Of a stretch of DNA of 64,000 bases, positions 28,202 through 39,900 are shown piece after piece. A program made the translations under genes and the position numbers. Location of the stretch: UHGV virus genome UHGV-0287696; one strand, written 5' to 3'. The notes beneath the pieces are model-generated. The model was given only the letters and a program-made list of their open reading frames with translations, was not told where the DNA came from and did no database searches. The first letter of the stretch is position 1. Every line of letters begins with the position of its first letter. Origin of the DNA: a virus.

Positions 28202-29232
28202 AACAGTATTTAGCGCTAATGCAAGACATTCTGGATAACGGTGTTGTCAAGAAAGACCGCACAGGTGTAGGGACACTATCTGTATTTGGTCGTCAACTAC
28301 GTTTTGATCTGAAAGAAGGTTTCCCATTAGTTACTACGAAGAAGGTTCACCTGAAAAGTATCATTCATGAACTGTTGTGGTTCTTAAACGGTGACACTAA
28401 CGTGAAGTACCTGCAAGAGAACGGGGTAAAAATTTGGAATGCATGGAGTGATGAAGAGGGGAACTTAGGGCCAGTTTATGGTAAACAATGGCGCGAATGG
28501 CGCGACTGTAAAGTTGTGGAGTGTCATGACGTAAGACGTACACAACAACTAATGCAACGGGGTTACAAGTATATTGGGAATATGAAGGAAGATGGTACGA
28601 CGTATTTGGTTTATGAAAAAGCACATGACCAGATCAGCAAAGTTATCCGACAACTTCGTGAAGACCCTGACTCCCGCCGTATTATCGTTAGCGCCTGGAA
28701 TGTAAGTGACCTGGACGATATGGCACTTAATCCATGTCACGACTACTTCCAGTTCTACACAACGGAAATGACACTGCTTGAGCGACTGGATTGGTACGAA
28801 GCAAATGAACCGGAAAAATTTGCGAACGCGCCACTTATTAATCACGAAGATATTGATGATGAAGAACGACTTCATGAAACTTTAGATCGTGAAGGTATCC
28901 CTCGTCGTAAGCTTTCATGTTTTTACATGATGCGGAGCAACGATGTCGCATTAGGAAAACCGTTCAACATCGCGTCATACGCTCTGCTAACTCATGTGGT
29001 TGCCCAACAAGTGAATATGGTTCCCGATGAGTTAGTTTATAGTGGGGTCGATGTGCATTTATATCTGAACCACCTCGATCAAATAAAACTCCAGTTGACA
29101 CGTGAGCCGTACCCGTTACCTAAATTGGTTATTAAACGTAAACCCGAATCTATCTTCGACTACAAATACGAGGACTTTGAAGTAGTCGGTTACCAATCTC
29201 ACCCACACATCGCCATGCCTGTTGCGGTGTAA
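28198..29232 (+). CDS. thyA: thymidylate synthase (ThyA family) with two insertions
   Basis: Near-identical blocks to E. coli ThyA as recalled: [65 protein letters not shown], active-site [27 protein letters not shown]. Confidence 0.85.
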   Translation: MKQYLALMQDILDNGVVKKDRTGVGTLSVFGRQLRFDLKEGFPLVTTKKVHLKSIIHELLWFLNGDTNVKYLQENGVKIWNAWSDEEGNLGPVYGKQWREWRDCKVVECHDVRRTQQLMQRGYKYIGNMKEDGTTYLVYEKAHDQISKVIRQLREDPDSRRIIVSAWNVSDLDDMALNPCHDYFQFYTTEMTLLERLDWYEANEPEKFANAPLINHEDIDDEERLHETLDREGIPRRKLSCFYMMRSNDVALGKPFNIASYALLTHVVAQQVNMVPDELVYSGVDVHLYLNHLDQIKLQLTREPYPLPKLVIKRKPESIFDYKYEDFEVVGYQSHPHIAMPVAV

Positions 29233-29261
29233 ACTACCACTTAACTAAAAGGAACGATAAA

Positions 29262-29708
29262 ATGTCTAAAACTCATGTTAACTATAACATCGTAGTAGAA
29301 GAATTATCAAAAGGTTTAACTGATCTGGATTCCAAAGATAATCCGTTTACCGATCGTTATGGAGCCAAAGCTTTATCTGAGTTCCGTACTATCCGCTACG
29401 GTACAGGCAGACAGACAGGACTTACAGACTTTGCTGTCGAGTTAGCTAAGAACCATAAAGGGAAGGTATTATTCGTTAATCCAAAAGGGTTCTTAGAGGA
29501 CGATGTGCTATTCCGTTTGGGTCTCGAAGACTTGCCGGAGAATATCACGCAAATCATCGGTTACCAAATGGGTACAGAAAAAGAAAAATACAGTCTTGTT
29601 ATTGTAGACAACGCTGGGGTTTTCTTTAGCATTTTCCGTTACATGAAGTTCTTTCGCTTACTGGCAAACTCAGTAACTAAAGACGTTGTAATCCATTTAA
29701 TGGGTTAA
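29262..29708 (+). CDS. hypothetical protein
   Basis: ORF with AGGA upstream. Confidence 0.4.
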   Translation: MSKTHVNYNIVVEELSKGLTDLDSKDNPFTDRYGAKALSEFRTIRYGTGRQTGLTDFAVELAKNHKGKVLFVNPKGFLEDDVLFRLGLEDLPENITQIIGYQMGTEKEKYSLVIVDNAGVFFSIFRYMKFFRLLANSVTKDVVIHLMG

Positions 29709-29729
29709 TTAATGATGAGGGAATTCTTT

Positions 29730-29879
29730 ATGACGAATGATGTCATTAAAGTTACTATAAAGTATATCAATCTGAATAAGAGAATCCGTTGCAAAGTAAA
29801 TCGTAAAACTATCGCTAGTCGCTGGCGTAAAGGACCACACAAGGGTCGTAAACGCTTTCTGGCTTTTGGGGATGTCTGA
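29730..29879 (+). CDS. small basic protein (49 aa)
   Basis: ATG to TGA with TGATG coupling to the next ORF; lysine/arginine-rich. Confidence 0.25.
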   Translation: MTNDVIKVTIKYINLNKRIRCKVNRKTIASRWRKGPHKGRKRFLAFGDV

Positions 29880-30103
29880 TGAAAAAACCACGATTTCACA
29901 GCCTGAGATTCTTTACAGGTGCTCTATATTTTATTGGCTACAACCGTGTACGTAAGGGTCCTGGTAAATCGAAGATGCGCATCGTGCGATATAAAGAGAC
30001 GCCGCCAGGTCTAGCACCGATGGCGAAACTTCTGTCGCCGTTCGCTAACCTTAATATCAAAACTGTTAACCCCTTTGTAAGAAATCTGGAAATTAAAAAA
30101 TGA
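29879..30103 (+). CDS. small basic protein (74 aa)
   Basis: ORF coupled on both sides. Confidence 0.3.
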   Translation: MKKPRFHSLRFFTGALYFIGYNRVRKGPGKSKMRIVRYKETPPGLAPMAKLLSPFANLNIKTVNPFVRNLEIKK

Positions 30104-30243
30104 CTGAAGAAGTTAAAGTAGAAACCGTTAAAGAAACTGATGAATTTGCAATCCCTGGGTTAGACCCGGAAGCGACCGTAGAGAAGGGTGCTGACCCAAC
30201 TACGGAAGACGATAACTGCTCAGGCGGGGCTTGCAAAATTTAA
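30100..30243 (+). CDS. small acidic peptide (47 aa) ending CSGGACKI
   Basis: ATGA overlap with the upstream ORF; followed by a hairpin terminator. Confidence 0.25.
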   Translation: MTEEVKVETVKETDEFAIPGLDPEATVEKGADPTTEDDNCSGGACKI

Positions 30244-30251
30244 CAGTTCCT

Positions 30252-30290
30252 GGGGTGCTTATGTAGCACCCCTAATCCTTATTCTTTTTG
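30252..30290 (+). terminator. intrinsic terminator
   Basis: GGGGTGCT-TATGT-AGCACCCC followed by a T-rich tract. Confidence 0.5.
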
Positions 30291-30312
30291 TTTAAACTAA
30301 TGGAGTTTTAAA

Positions 30313-31143
30313 ATGGGCGAACGTTTTGACATCAACACTATTTACAACATCGTAGTTAATCCTGGTCAACACCTGGAAGAAGTTAACGCACAACTGCGCG
30401 CTCTGAATGAGAATGCAGTACAGTTCGATGCTATTTACACAATTGGTGTAAACCCTGGTACCAACCGTATTCGTGTAGAAGGTAAACGCCACACCGGTAA
30501 TCAAGAACTGGACATCGAAACAATTGTAGCGCCTATTAAGCTTACCGATGCTGTTTACAACGGCACGGTAATGCATACAGAATCTGTTCCGGTCTACTCT
30601 ATTGAAAACTGTGTAGAACGTGTTAAAGGTTGGTCTAAAGAACGTGGTATTCTCGACAACGGTAAACTGGAAACTCAAATCACAAAGTTCTATGAAGAAT
30701 TTGGTGAGATTGCAACAGGTATCAGCAAAAACAAACCTGAACTGATCATGGACGGCATCGGCGATGCGTTGGTGGTTCTGGTAAACATCCTGGAACTGGA
30801 TAAGGACAGAGTGACTGGCGGAATGACAACCGCTGAAGTCATCGAACGCGGTTTACAATTGCAGGTAGATGATGTCGCTGGCGTTGAAGAACGTTTAAAC
30901 GATACCAAATATCCACACCAGTTGTATTTAGAGGCTACCGAAATCTTCGCTACTGCGTTCTTACGTACTGAACTGGGTACTGTTACGTTAGGTTGGGCTT
31001 TACATCGTCTTGCGCGACTCGCTCTCTATTATCGTCTTAACATTCGCCATTGTTTCTCTTTGGCCTGGCACGAAATCAAAGACCGTAAAGGTTATCTGAA
31101 CGCCGACGGTATTTTTGTAAAAGAAGCAGATCTGGCGAAATAA
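30313..31143 (+). CDS. protein with C-terminal MazG-like nucleotide pyrophosphohydrolase domain
   Basis: EE..E-type helix FYEEFGEIA and DGIGDALVVLVNILEL resemble the MazG metal-binding helices. Confidence 0.4.
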   Translation: MGERFDINTIYNIVVNPGQHLEEVNAQLRALNENAVQFDAIYTIGVNPGTNRIRVEGKRHTGNQELDIETIVAPIKLTDAVYNGTVMHTESVPVYSIENCVERVKGWSKERGILDNGKLETQITKFYEEFGEIATGISKNKPELIMDGIGDALVVLVNILELDKDRVTGGMTTAEVIERGLQLQVDDVAGVEERLNDTKYPHQLYLEATEIFATAFLRTELGTVTLGWALHRLARLALYYRLNIRHCFSLAWHEIKDRKGYLNADGIFVKEADLAK

Positions 31144-31151
31144 ATAAAAGT

Positions 31152-31200
31152 ACCTACCTCCTTTCGGAGGTAGGTAGACTTTCTTATTTTTTTTTCTTTT
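31152..31200. terminator. bidirectional terminator (ACCTACCTCC stem family)
   Basis: ACCTACCTCC-TTTC-GGAGGTAGGT with a long T tract; between convergent genes. Confidence 0.6.
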
Positions 31201-31764
31201 TTAAGCGCCTGGAACAATCCCAGAAGAGATATACGTCAAACCGTCAAGTTCAGTGACTTTAATCAACTTCGAAATATCCTTACCGTCAGACGGCAGCTCT
31301 GTTAAGTACACCTCCAGCCGCCCTGTCCACGCCAAAGATGTCCCATTCATGGTAATGATGGTTTTATCTTTGCTGTCTGGTGCAGCTGTTGGGTTCTCAA
31401 CTTCGTCGTCAGTAATCTGTAAATTGTACTTATTGCGGAAAAGCTGTAGTACCTCAGATACCGTAGCCGCATTAACACCCGCAACAGAAACTACAAAGTC
31501 ACCTAAGAGGTGCTCTAAATCCAAACGACGATAAATAACGTCGATTTTACCAAACGTTTTCTGTTCAATAATTCCCTGGACACTAAGTTGGGTATTTAAT
31601 CGCGTAAATTGGGTTTCTGGTGTTTCTACCGCAGGAATATGTGACGGTGTACCAAAATTCAACTTATCGATTGTAATACCTTTCTCTACCAAACCAGGAT
31701 TCTTTTTTACTAATAACTCATAAACCAGCTGTTTTCCTGATTTACCTAATAGCGTATTAGCCAT
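31201..31764 (-). CDS. hypothetical protein (virion-associated candidate)
   Basis: Minus-strand ORF with GAGGA upstream, downstream of the giant gene cluster. Confidence 0.45.
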   Translation of the reverse strand: MANTLLGKSGKQLVYELLVKKNPGLVEKGITIDKLNFGTPSHIPAVETPETQFTRLNTQLSVQGIIEQKTFGKIDVIYRRLDLEHLLGDFVVSVAGVNAATVSEVLQLFRNKYNLQITDDEVENPTAAPDSKDKTIITMNGTSLAWTGRLEVYLTELPSDGKDISKLIKVTELDGLTYISSGIVPGA

Positions 31765-31780
31765 TATTTCCTCTCAAACA

Positions 31781-33952
31781 TTAACGTGCTTGCGGCAAGA
31801 AGATGTTCGCGATCTGGCGTGCTGGAAGCACATCAAACGCAGAGTTAATAAAGCTGCCTTGTGACCACGCAGATGCCCAGTTCTGCGCCCAAATACTTCC
31901 TTGGATCTTGGCACGCTCTATACCGTTCGTACGTTCGTACAACGTCGCTGCGCCCAAACACGCCATAAACTCACTGAATTTATTATCGTCGTCCCAAACA
32001 CCTGTGTCTGTAACGATGGGCATATACATCACACGTGACAAATCACGGATGGTAACATTGATATCACAAGACAGTGGAACAGAATCACCTGGTCGCCAAC
32101 CTAAACCACCCACACCGAATTGTAAAGACAAAGACGTTACGATAGCATTACGGAACGAGAATCGACCTTGTGAGTAACACTCCAGATAAAACGGATGAGT
32201 GAATGATTGCTTACCCGTCGCAATTGGACATACTGCGGCGATCCAGAAGGACAGTGGGACTAGAATTTCCTGGAAGATATCCAGGTCACTTCCCGACCAC
32301 GCACGTAAAGGTATTGTCAAGTTAATATCATCGCCTGAAGCATCTGAACTGTCCCACACCTCTGGGAAGTCAATGACGGATGAATTGTATAACGACATAA
32401 TCCCCGTTAGATGCAACGTATCTGCTAACCCACGCATTACTGACTTAAAGCCCGTAATTAATGAATCGACCGCATTGAAGCCGGTTTGCCCGCCAGACAA
32501 GTTTACTTCAAGTTGACGAGCTTTCGCCGTCATTGAGTTAACTGTGCTAGAAATCTCCGGCTCTTTTGTAGAGTTAGAGAACGAACGAGAAACGGTATCC
32601 TTCCCATCGATTCTCCAGGTTACCCACTGAGAACCGTTGTAGATTTCGGACAGCGCTTGTGCTTTAATCCCTTCAATCTGTTCGCCAACCACTTTAACAA
32701 AGTCGCCGAAGAACGTCTCCATAGTCGATTCTTTACCTTTATCCGCCCAGGACTGTATCGTATTCTGTTGTCCCTCGGTGAGGTTACTCGCATCGGCATT
32801 TTCCAAATCCTCGTTCATTTTGTTTTGGATTTCCGCCGCCTGCGCCTCTAGGTCGCTTGCCGTTCCCCCAGTTTGTAGCCCGGAACTAAACGCATCGAGA
32901 ACCCCTTTTTCCAGTTCATCAACACTATTAATATCTTTGCCCGACGCGTCTTTCGCCGCATAGCCACCGCGCTCGGATGCAGCTAACCGCTCCATGTCTT
33001 GCAAAGAAACTTCGTAATTTCTCACATCGTCAGAATACGAAGCCGCACCATATGTGCTGTCTAAATAGAAATTTCGTATCCGCTCGGCGAGATCGTCGTC
33101 ACTTGAGGACTGCTTACGAAGTTCTTTTAAACGTTGATTCTGATAGTTCGCCAGGGTTTGATAACGGTTGATCATCTTAAAGACATCGAATTCACCGTCT
33201 TTTTTCCAAACCTCCGGCAACGCTTCAAAAGCTTCATCACGTGCTTTTTTGTTCCCTTTTCCATCGCCGTCTTGACTAACCTGGAAGGTACCTAAGATAC
33301 CCGTGGGAACCAAACGACGATAAACAAGCTGCGTATTCAAGATGTTCTGTACAGCACGCAAATACAGATGCATCGTCGGTTTAACGTAATAGTAACGCGA
33401 CGTTTGTTTATTCAACGCTGCCGCGAGAATGCGAGGAGTAATTAAAATCACCGCAAAAGCAACAGTACCTACAGTTGCCCATATCGCTGCCGCGCCGATA
33501 TAACTTGCTATCGTGCGGATCATTCCCGGATAATCACCCGTACGCGCTAAATACGCTAAGTTGGAATCGTACATATTCGCAAAGAACGCGGCCATACCCA
33601 GATATTTCGGCTTGCCGAAACGACAATGTACGTAAAACGAATTTTGGTTAATACTTTCGTAATAATACGTCCCTAAGCGATAAGAAGCGGTTGGCATACC
33701 GTTAGCCAACGCCTTTTTCTCCGCTTCACGATTACCGGGTCGTGCAAATGCCCCTGTTGATGGGGGGTCTGCAAACCACGTAAACTGCGGAGGGCTATTA
33801 ATCGCTTTGCTACCGCCCATGGTCGTATCTTCAAAAGACATCATACCGTTAGAGTAGCGTCGCAAGGCCAGAAAACGTTCATCTCGGCCTTCCAACTCTC
33901 CCTTAAATAGATTTCTGACCCAGCTTGAGTCGTTAGCTGATCTAGCGTCCAC
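31781..33952 (-). CDS. large hypothetical protein with a hydrophobic segment (virion-associated candidate)
   Basis: 723-aa ORF with GTG start and AGAGG upstream; hydrophobic stretch AAIWATVGTVAFAVILITPRILAAAL. Confidence 0.5.
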   Translation of the reverse strand: MDARSANDSSWVRNLFKGELEGRDERFLALRRYSNGMMSFEDTTMGGSKAINSPPQFTWFADPPSTGAFARPGNREAEKKALANGMPTASYRLGTYYYESINQNSFYVHCRFGKPKYLGMAAFFANMYDSNLAYLARTGDYPGMIRTIASYIGAAAIWATVGTVAFAVILITPRILAAALNKQTSRYYYVKPTMHLYLRAVQNILNTQLVYRRLVPTGILGTFQVSQDGDGKGNKKARDEAFEALPEVWKKDGEFDVFKMINRYQTLANYQNQRLKELRKQSSSDDDLAERIRNFYLDSTYGAASYSDDVRNYEVSLQDMERLAASERGGYAAKDASGKDINSVDELEKGVLDAFSSGLQTGGTASDLEAQAAEIQNKMNEDLENADASNLTEGQQNTIQSWADKGKESTMETFFGDFVKVVGEQIEGIKAQALSEIYNGSQWVTWRIDGKDTVSRSFSNSTKEPEISSTVNSMTAKARQLEVNLSGGQTGFNAVDSLITGFKSVMRGLADTLHLTGIMSLYNSSVIDFPEVWDSSDASGDDINLTIPLRAWSGSDLDIFQEILVPLSFWIAAVCPIATGKQSFTHPFYLECYSQGRFSFRNAIVTSLSLQFGVGGLGWRPGDSVPLSCDINVTIRDLSRVMYMPIVTDTGVWDDDNKFSEFMACLGAATLYERTNGIERAKIQGSIWAQNWASAWSQGSFINSAFDVLPARQIANIFLPQAR

Positions 33953-33970
33953 GTTATACCTCTAAAAAAC

Positions 33971-33990
33971 GGGGGTAGTTTCCTACCCCC
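33971..33990 (-). terminator. hairpin terminator or attenuator downstream of the giant gene
   Basis: GGGGGTAG-TTTC-CTACCCCC; on the minus strand it is followed by GTTTTTTAGA, just before the next minus-strand gene. Confidence 0.45.
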
Positions 33991-33999
33991 CTGTTGTTA

Positions 34000-36900
34000 T
34001 TACGCTGATTTACGACTAACGTCGAGTTTCGGCGCGGGTTGAGTTATTGACACGTTACGTGACGCCGAACCCGGAGCGGTTGACGCCGGGTTAGCCGGAC
34101 CGTTTTGCATAGCCTGTGGCCGCTGACGAAGAATTGTTACAATCTCTTTCAGATAGCCTGCAGACTCTTTTGCAACCGCCAGCTGTTGTACACTGATCGG
34201 ATCACCACTGTTCACTGTAGAAGCGGTCTGAGCATCGGAAGTTACCGTTGGTGCAGGACGGGCCGATTTCTCCATCTGCTGTCTAGCACCTTCTTTTACT
34301 TTGGCAACCTCTTCTTCGGCCAGGCCATCAGCACGTGCATTTTGACCCACCGTCTCTACAACAACTGACGCATCGCTCGGCGTGACATCGCCACCAGGAC
34401 TCGGCACAGCCGGACCACCACCCGTTGCAGCTTTAATATCTTCAGCACCCATCGCGCCTTTGTCTGCTAAAGCGGAGTCACGATTCGCTTCGTTCGCGGC
34501 TGGCAGGTTATCTGCCGGGCCTGTGATAGACGGATCGTTAGCAGCGCCTGCAGCGATAGCCGGGGAAGACGGCATTGGCGTTACACCTGTCGTCAAGTCT
34601 TTCAGCGATGCCTGGTTAGCCGCGATCGCGTTTGTTCCTACAGCACCAATCTTACCACCCATGATGTTGAGCACTTCATCCAAACTACGCAATTTTCCAT
34701 TCTTGTAGAAAATTGTGCTGTTTGCCGCGATTTGATCGGCCGACGCACCACGCGACGATGGGCCGTTCGGATCACGCTTCCATTCTTGCAGGAATTTCTT
34801 ACCGCCACCTTGTCCTAAGAAGTGGTAGAGGTAAACAGCTGCACCTGGAGGATCGATACCACCTAAATCCTTTCTGGCTTTCTCGATATTATCACGAATA
34901 TGACGGACGCCAAGCAGAGCATTCGCCCACGGGTCATACTGGTTGGTTTGCGGGATACCGTAACGTCTCGCGTAAGCTTTCATCTGCGCACCCCAGGTAT
35001 CGTTGATGAACTGGAACAAGCCAGCCGCAGAACTTCCTTTAGCTTTGATACCGTATCTAAGCCCAGATTCTGCTTGTGCCATTCCCAGTGCTAACGCTGG
35101 AGGAACACCCATCATCTTCGCTACGTCTGTAATCAGTGCTGCAACCGCATTCAAGTTAGGCTTCAATCCGTCACCCAACGTTGAAATTGGATACTTAGCC
35201 GCTAACGTTTTATAGTCACCGTCTTGCATATCGCCAAGTTTCACGCCGAAGTTACCGGTAGTAAATGCAGCGTAATTCTTAGCTCCCATCTGACCGTAAG
35301 CACCGGCCAAATCGTTTGGTGTGCCGTAATTCCCACCGTCGTTCGCTGCCGGTTGCAATAGGTCACGATAAGAGGAGGAGGTGTTCATCTGTGGTCGAGA
35401 CGGTTGCTCCTTCTCGTCATCGGTCAAGAACATCTGGGTCGCACGATCTTTTCGCTGCCAGTTCACACGGAAACCCGCAGAAGGCGTAGCACGCAGCGTT
35501 TTACGTACTGCCAAGTCAGCTTCCTTAGACAGTTCTTTCAGGTTCTCTAACTCTGTTGCAACTGAACCGGCGTCGGTGTTAGCGTCTCCCCCTAACGGGT
35601 TAAACGGTACCTCCCACACTGACTGACGAATACCCCCTTTCAGGTTGTATGCACCACGCATCATCAGTGCGATTTCATACAAGAACCCACCCGTAACGCG
35701 TAGGTCCATCGGATCGGCGGCAGGAACATAACGTTTTACCCCAACGATGTACGTCATGAAGACAGGTAAGAAGCGGTTATAGAACCAGTTCTTGTACCGA
35801 TCTTCTTTTGGCCCACCAATGGCGTCAGGCGCAATCACCGCAATCGCACGTTTCCAGTCGCCTTTATACGTGCAGCTTTTCACATCGGTGTCTTGCAACA
35901 CTTGACGTTCCAAGAGCGTATAGAGGTTACGGGTTGTTTGAGTAATGCTCACCGCACCATAAGCTTTCAACCTTACGGACTCCAAATCACGGAGATCGGT
36001 TTCTTTAGGTAAGCTTCTCCAGTCGACTTGAACCTGAACTTGTTCGGTGCCGTCTTCCCAACCTTCGACTTTCGCAACTTCTTTGTTGCGTTCCGCATCC
36101 GCTTGAGCCAACGCTTGGGTCGATTCCGCCACAGAAGCAACTTTGTGTCCTTCGGCCACACCGCCTGTAGCATTTACATCCTTACGTTTTTCATCACGAC
36201 GCATGTTAATCGAACGAAGCACGCGTTCTTGCGCTTCAACGACTTCTTCGCCTGACAAAAACTCGGCCGGGGTAAACGTTACGAAATCCCACGCTTTAGA
36301 GAACCAACCTTGGTTAACCTTGCGGGGATCTTCTAATGCACGGAATGCAGGCGCATCTTTCGACATCTTCATTTTGTTGAAGATATTCAACATGTCTGCC
36401 TTTGACACTTTCGCAGGATTACCGACATCTGCTAACGCGATATCATTATCCATGGATTTCAGTGCCGTAATCCAACGTAAATAGATCGGCACAAAACGTT
36501 GTAGCATAAACGCACTAAACGCCAGCATTTCGCCTTTGTCTTCTACGTTAGTACCAAACCCTTCGGCCAGTTTCTTCACGTCGTCACCGGACAAACCACG
36601 CAACTGTGCTTGGCCATTCTCTGTATAAGAGATATACGGTTTCAAGTTGTCTTCTAAATAACGTGCTTTTGCGCCATCATCGGAAGACCATTCGTCATGA
36701 TCTCTAAATCCGTACTGTGCCAATCGCATGTTATCCAGATACTGAGCATTTACACGGGTTGCAGTTTTATACGCAAACCAAGACACCGCAGCGCCCGCAG
36801 CGACCAAACCGATAATCGGCCAGCCAACCGCAGTTACCACTGCAGATGCTGCCGTCGCGACAGCACTCACCGCAGGGACAGCCAAACGGGTTACGGCAAA

Positions 36901-39900
36901 TTTACCAACGTTCCACAACGCTTTACCTGCAAACCCAACCGGCTTAAAGATTCCCCATTTTGCAACTTTACCTAAGATTGAACCCACTGTGCCCAAAATA
37001 CTCACAATCGGCCCTACCAACGGCAGTCCTTTAAGGAAATCCATTACCCCACGTTTACCGCCTTTCTTCTCAGCCTCTTTCTTAGCCTTTTCCTCTTCCT
37101 TAGAACGACGACGGCGTCGGAAGAACTGGAAGTAATCGCGTTTTTCATCACTGGCAGGTGGCTTGTTACGTTGACCGAACTTACTGAACATGGTTCTTAA
37201 CAAACCATCCGAAGCACCTGCTTTTTCCGCAGAATCACGCATGGTATTAAACCACGACATTTCCTGAAGATTAACCATTCGGTTCAGGCGTTCCAGTAAA
37301 GCCGACCCAACGCTACGGGCTTTCTGTTTCCCTTTATTAATCACACGTCCAGCGCTATCCGTTACGGTGTCTAAGTCTTCTTTTGCCGCATCGATGATAC
37401 GTGTTTTAGACACCTTGCCTCTTGCGTAGATGTGTTGACGATAAAACTCAGCAACGTCGTCATCGCGTCCTGCTAAACGACTCTCCATTCGATAACGTGT
37501 TCCAATGTCGTAACGCGGATCACGGAAGGTATCGACCATATCGCTTGCACGACCACGGAAACGGTCAAACCAATCACGTGCTGCACCACCCCAACGAGAA
37601 AGACGGCCACCTACCGCACTGCGGTAACGGGACATTCTGTCACGCATCCGACCACGCCAATCCCGGAACCCTTGAAAATGTTCACGGAACCCTTCGCGTA
37701 TGTCCTTAGCACGTTGGAATAATCCTTTAACTGAACTGGCCCCCGTATTCCGCTCCATCTGTTCTGTCCAGGTGTCATCTTCAGGTTCACCTGGCAATCT
37801 CCGGTTAAGGAGTTTGTAGATACGGATTAAGATGTGGTTAGTTTTACGGCCATTCGACCACGAGAACACACTAAACCCACCACCAGAACCCCCTTCCTTA
37901 CGGTTCTGCCACCAACGTGTCAACGGATTATCAGAAGCCAACTCTTTGAGCTTCTCAAACCCACGTTTTGCATTGTTCCACAGACGAGCTGGCATTCCCG
38001 TTACGCGGGAAATCATGCTTTGTAAACGGGTTTTCTCTGCACCCTCTGGAACCTCATTTAACCACTCGCGTGCTTTCTCGAACAACGAAGCCGCTTTAGG
38101 CGAAATGAAACCCAGAAGTTTCTTCGGTAAGGTCACAGCTTTGTTTACCGCCGTTCCTGCCTTCCCAGAAATGTACTGGAAAAGCGCTTGAACTTTACCG
38201 CCTTTGTAGAAGCGTAGTTTACCTGCGGCAGCCAAATCAGCAGCCGCTAAGATTAAATTACCCGCTTCGTCGACGATGTCACGTCCCAGTTTAATATCGT
38301 CGAGAGTTTTAAGTTGAATCAGCTTCTCAGTTTTCGGGTCAGCCTGGTAATAATCCCCAGCTTCTAAACGACTTCCTTGTAATACGACGTTACCACGTTC
38401 ATCGTAGATGTCGCGAACGCCTAAAACGCCTTTACCGAAAGCTACGGCAGAATTCCAACCAGTCGATAATGTACCAGTTACTAACCCTTTCAGTCGGCTA
38501 AATACGCCAGGACCTTCGGAGGAACCGCCTGAGAATTTCCCACGAATAAAACCACCTAATGCTTGTAGGCGATCTTTCCCACGTAGGAACAGATTCTTAC
38601 CAAACCGTCCTACACCAGAACCGGTATCCCAAAGCACCCCAGCCCAGCGACGTAGCAAACCTGTCTCGCCTAGTACAATACGTTTGCGCTTACGACGACG
38701 TTTACGGCCCGATTCACTCGAACTTTCAGGTTCGTCGCCGTCATCACGACTACCGCCTAAACTGGCTAGAAGAATACCTTCCTCATCCATGTTCTTAACG
38801 TGTTTGAGGATGTCTTGCACGATGCTAGATTCAGGCTGTTTACGTACCGCATCAATCAAACGATCGAACTGTTGTTCCAGCCCGGCGTTCGTATCTGGAC
38901 GGCTGCTTAAGAGCTCAACAAAGTTGGTAGATTTCTCTCCATAAAGTACCGCAGCGAGTTGACGGGCGCTTAAACCACGACCGCGACCACCCTTTCCACC
39001 ACCACGTACGTTGGACAGTTCTTTGTCTTCAAAGCTCGGCTCTGCACCTGCCCCCATCCGACGCAAGTAATCACCCAACGCAGAACCGTTTTGCAGCTTA
39101 CGTTGAATCTCTTGCTCACGGGTTAACGAACGGCCAGAGCGGGTCTTACCCATCGACAGGTCGTTAAATAGCGTATAGGGATCGTTAATGTCCTTATCGA
39201 CTTCGAAAATGTCGTTCTTCGCATCGTATTTAAAAATACCGGAATCGCGAAGTGCGTTCTCGCCGTAAATCACAGACGCAGCGTCAACCGTGTCTTGACG
39301 TGCACGAATCGTTGACTGGATAGCGGCGATTTTGTTTGAAATAGCATTACTCAGTTCATGGTGTCCACCAACCAGTTCCGCAGAACGGGCTTCTAAAACA
39401 CCCTGAATCGCTTCCACAGCGTTTGCGTTCATGTAACGATACATGTGCATCGGGTCTTTCAATAAAGACCCTACATCGAACGCTTTCCCTTCTGAGGCAC
39501 GAGACTCGATGTAGTCCGCTAACGCTTGACGTGTTTTCCTATCGAGCGTTTTATCTTTATCGATAAAGTCGACAGTGTCGTTGATGTACGTCTGTAAACG
39601 TTTACGCTGATCGTCATTAGCAACGGCCTTACGTACACGATTACCAATGACTTTGCGATCCACCATACCACGCGTGGTCAGGTCATAAACCTGATCGTGG
39701 TGTTCGCCATACCCACGACGAATAGATTTGTTAATCTCGGACAGTAACGTCGGAATAACTTCGGTGATACTAAGGTAAGCTTTACGATCGAATTTCGCCG
39801 CGGCAGAAAGAGATTCCGCAGAGCGATCATCTAATGCTAAGGTTTCGCGACGTAGCGGGTTAACTAGCCCCAAATCGTGCATTAGTCGAAACAGATCAGC

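Noticed and set aside
28198-29232. Intein or group I intron as the cause of the extra length of thymidylate synthase.
   Set aside because: The inserts are about 30 and 45-50 aa, too short for an intein; the frame is continuous with no stops or intron-like structure, so they are read as ordinary loop insertions.
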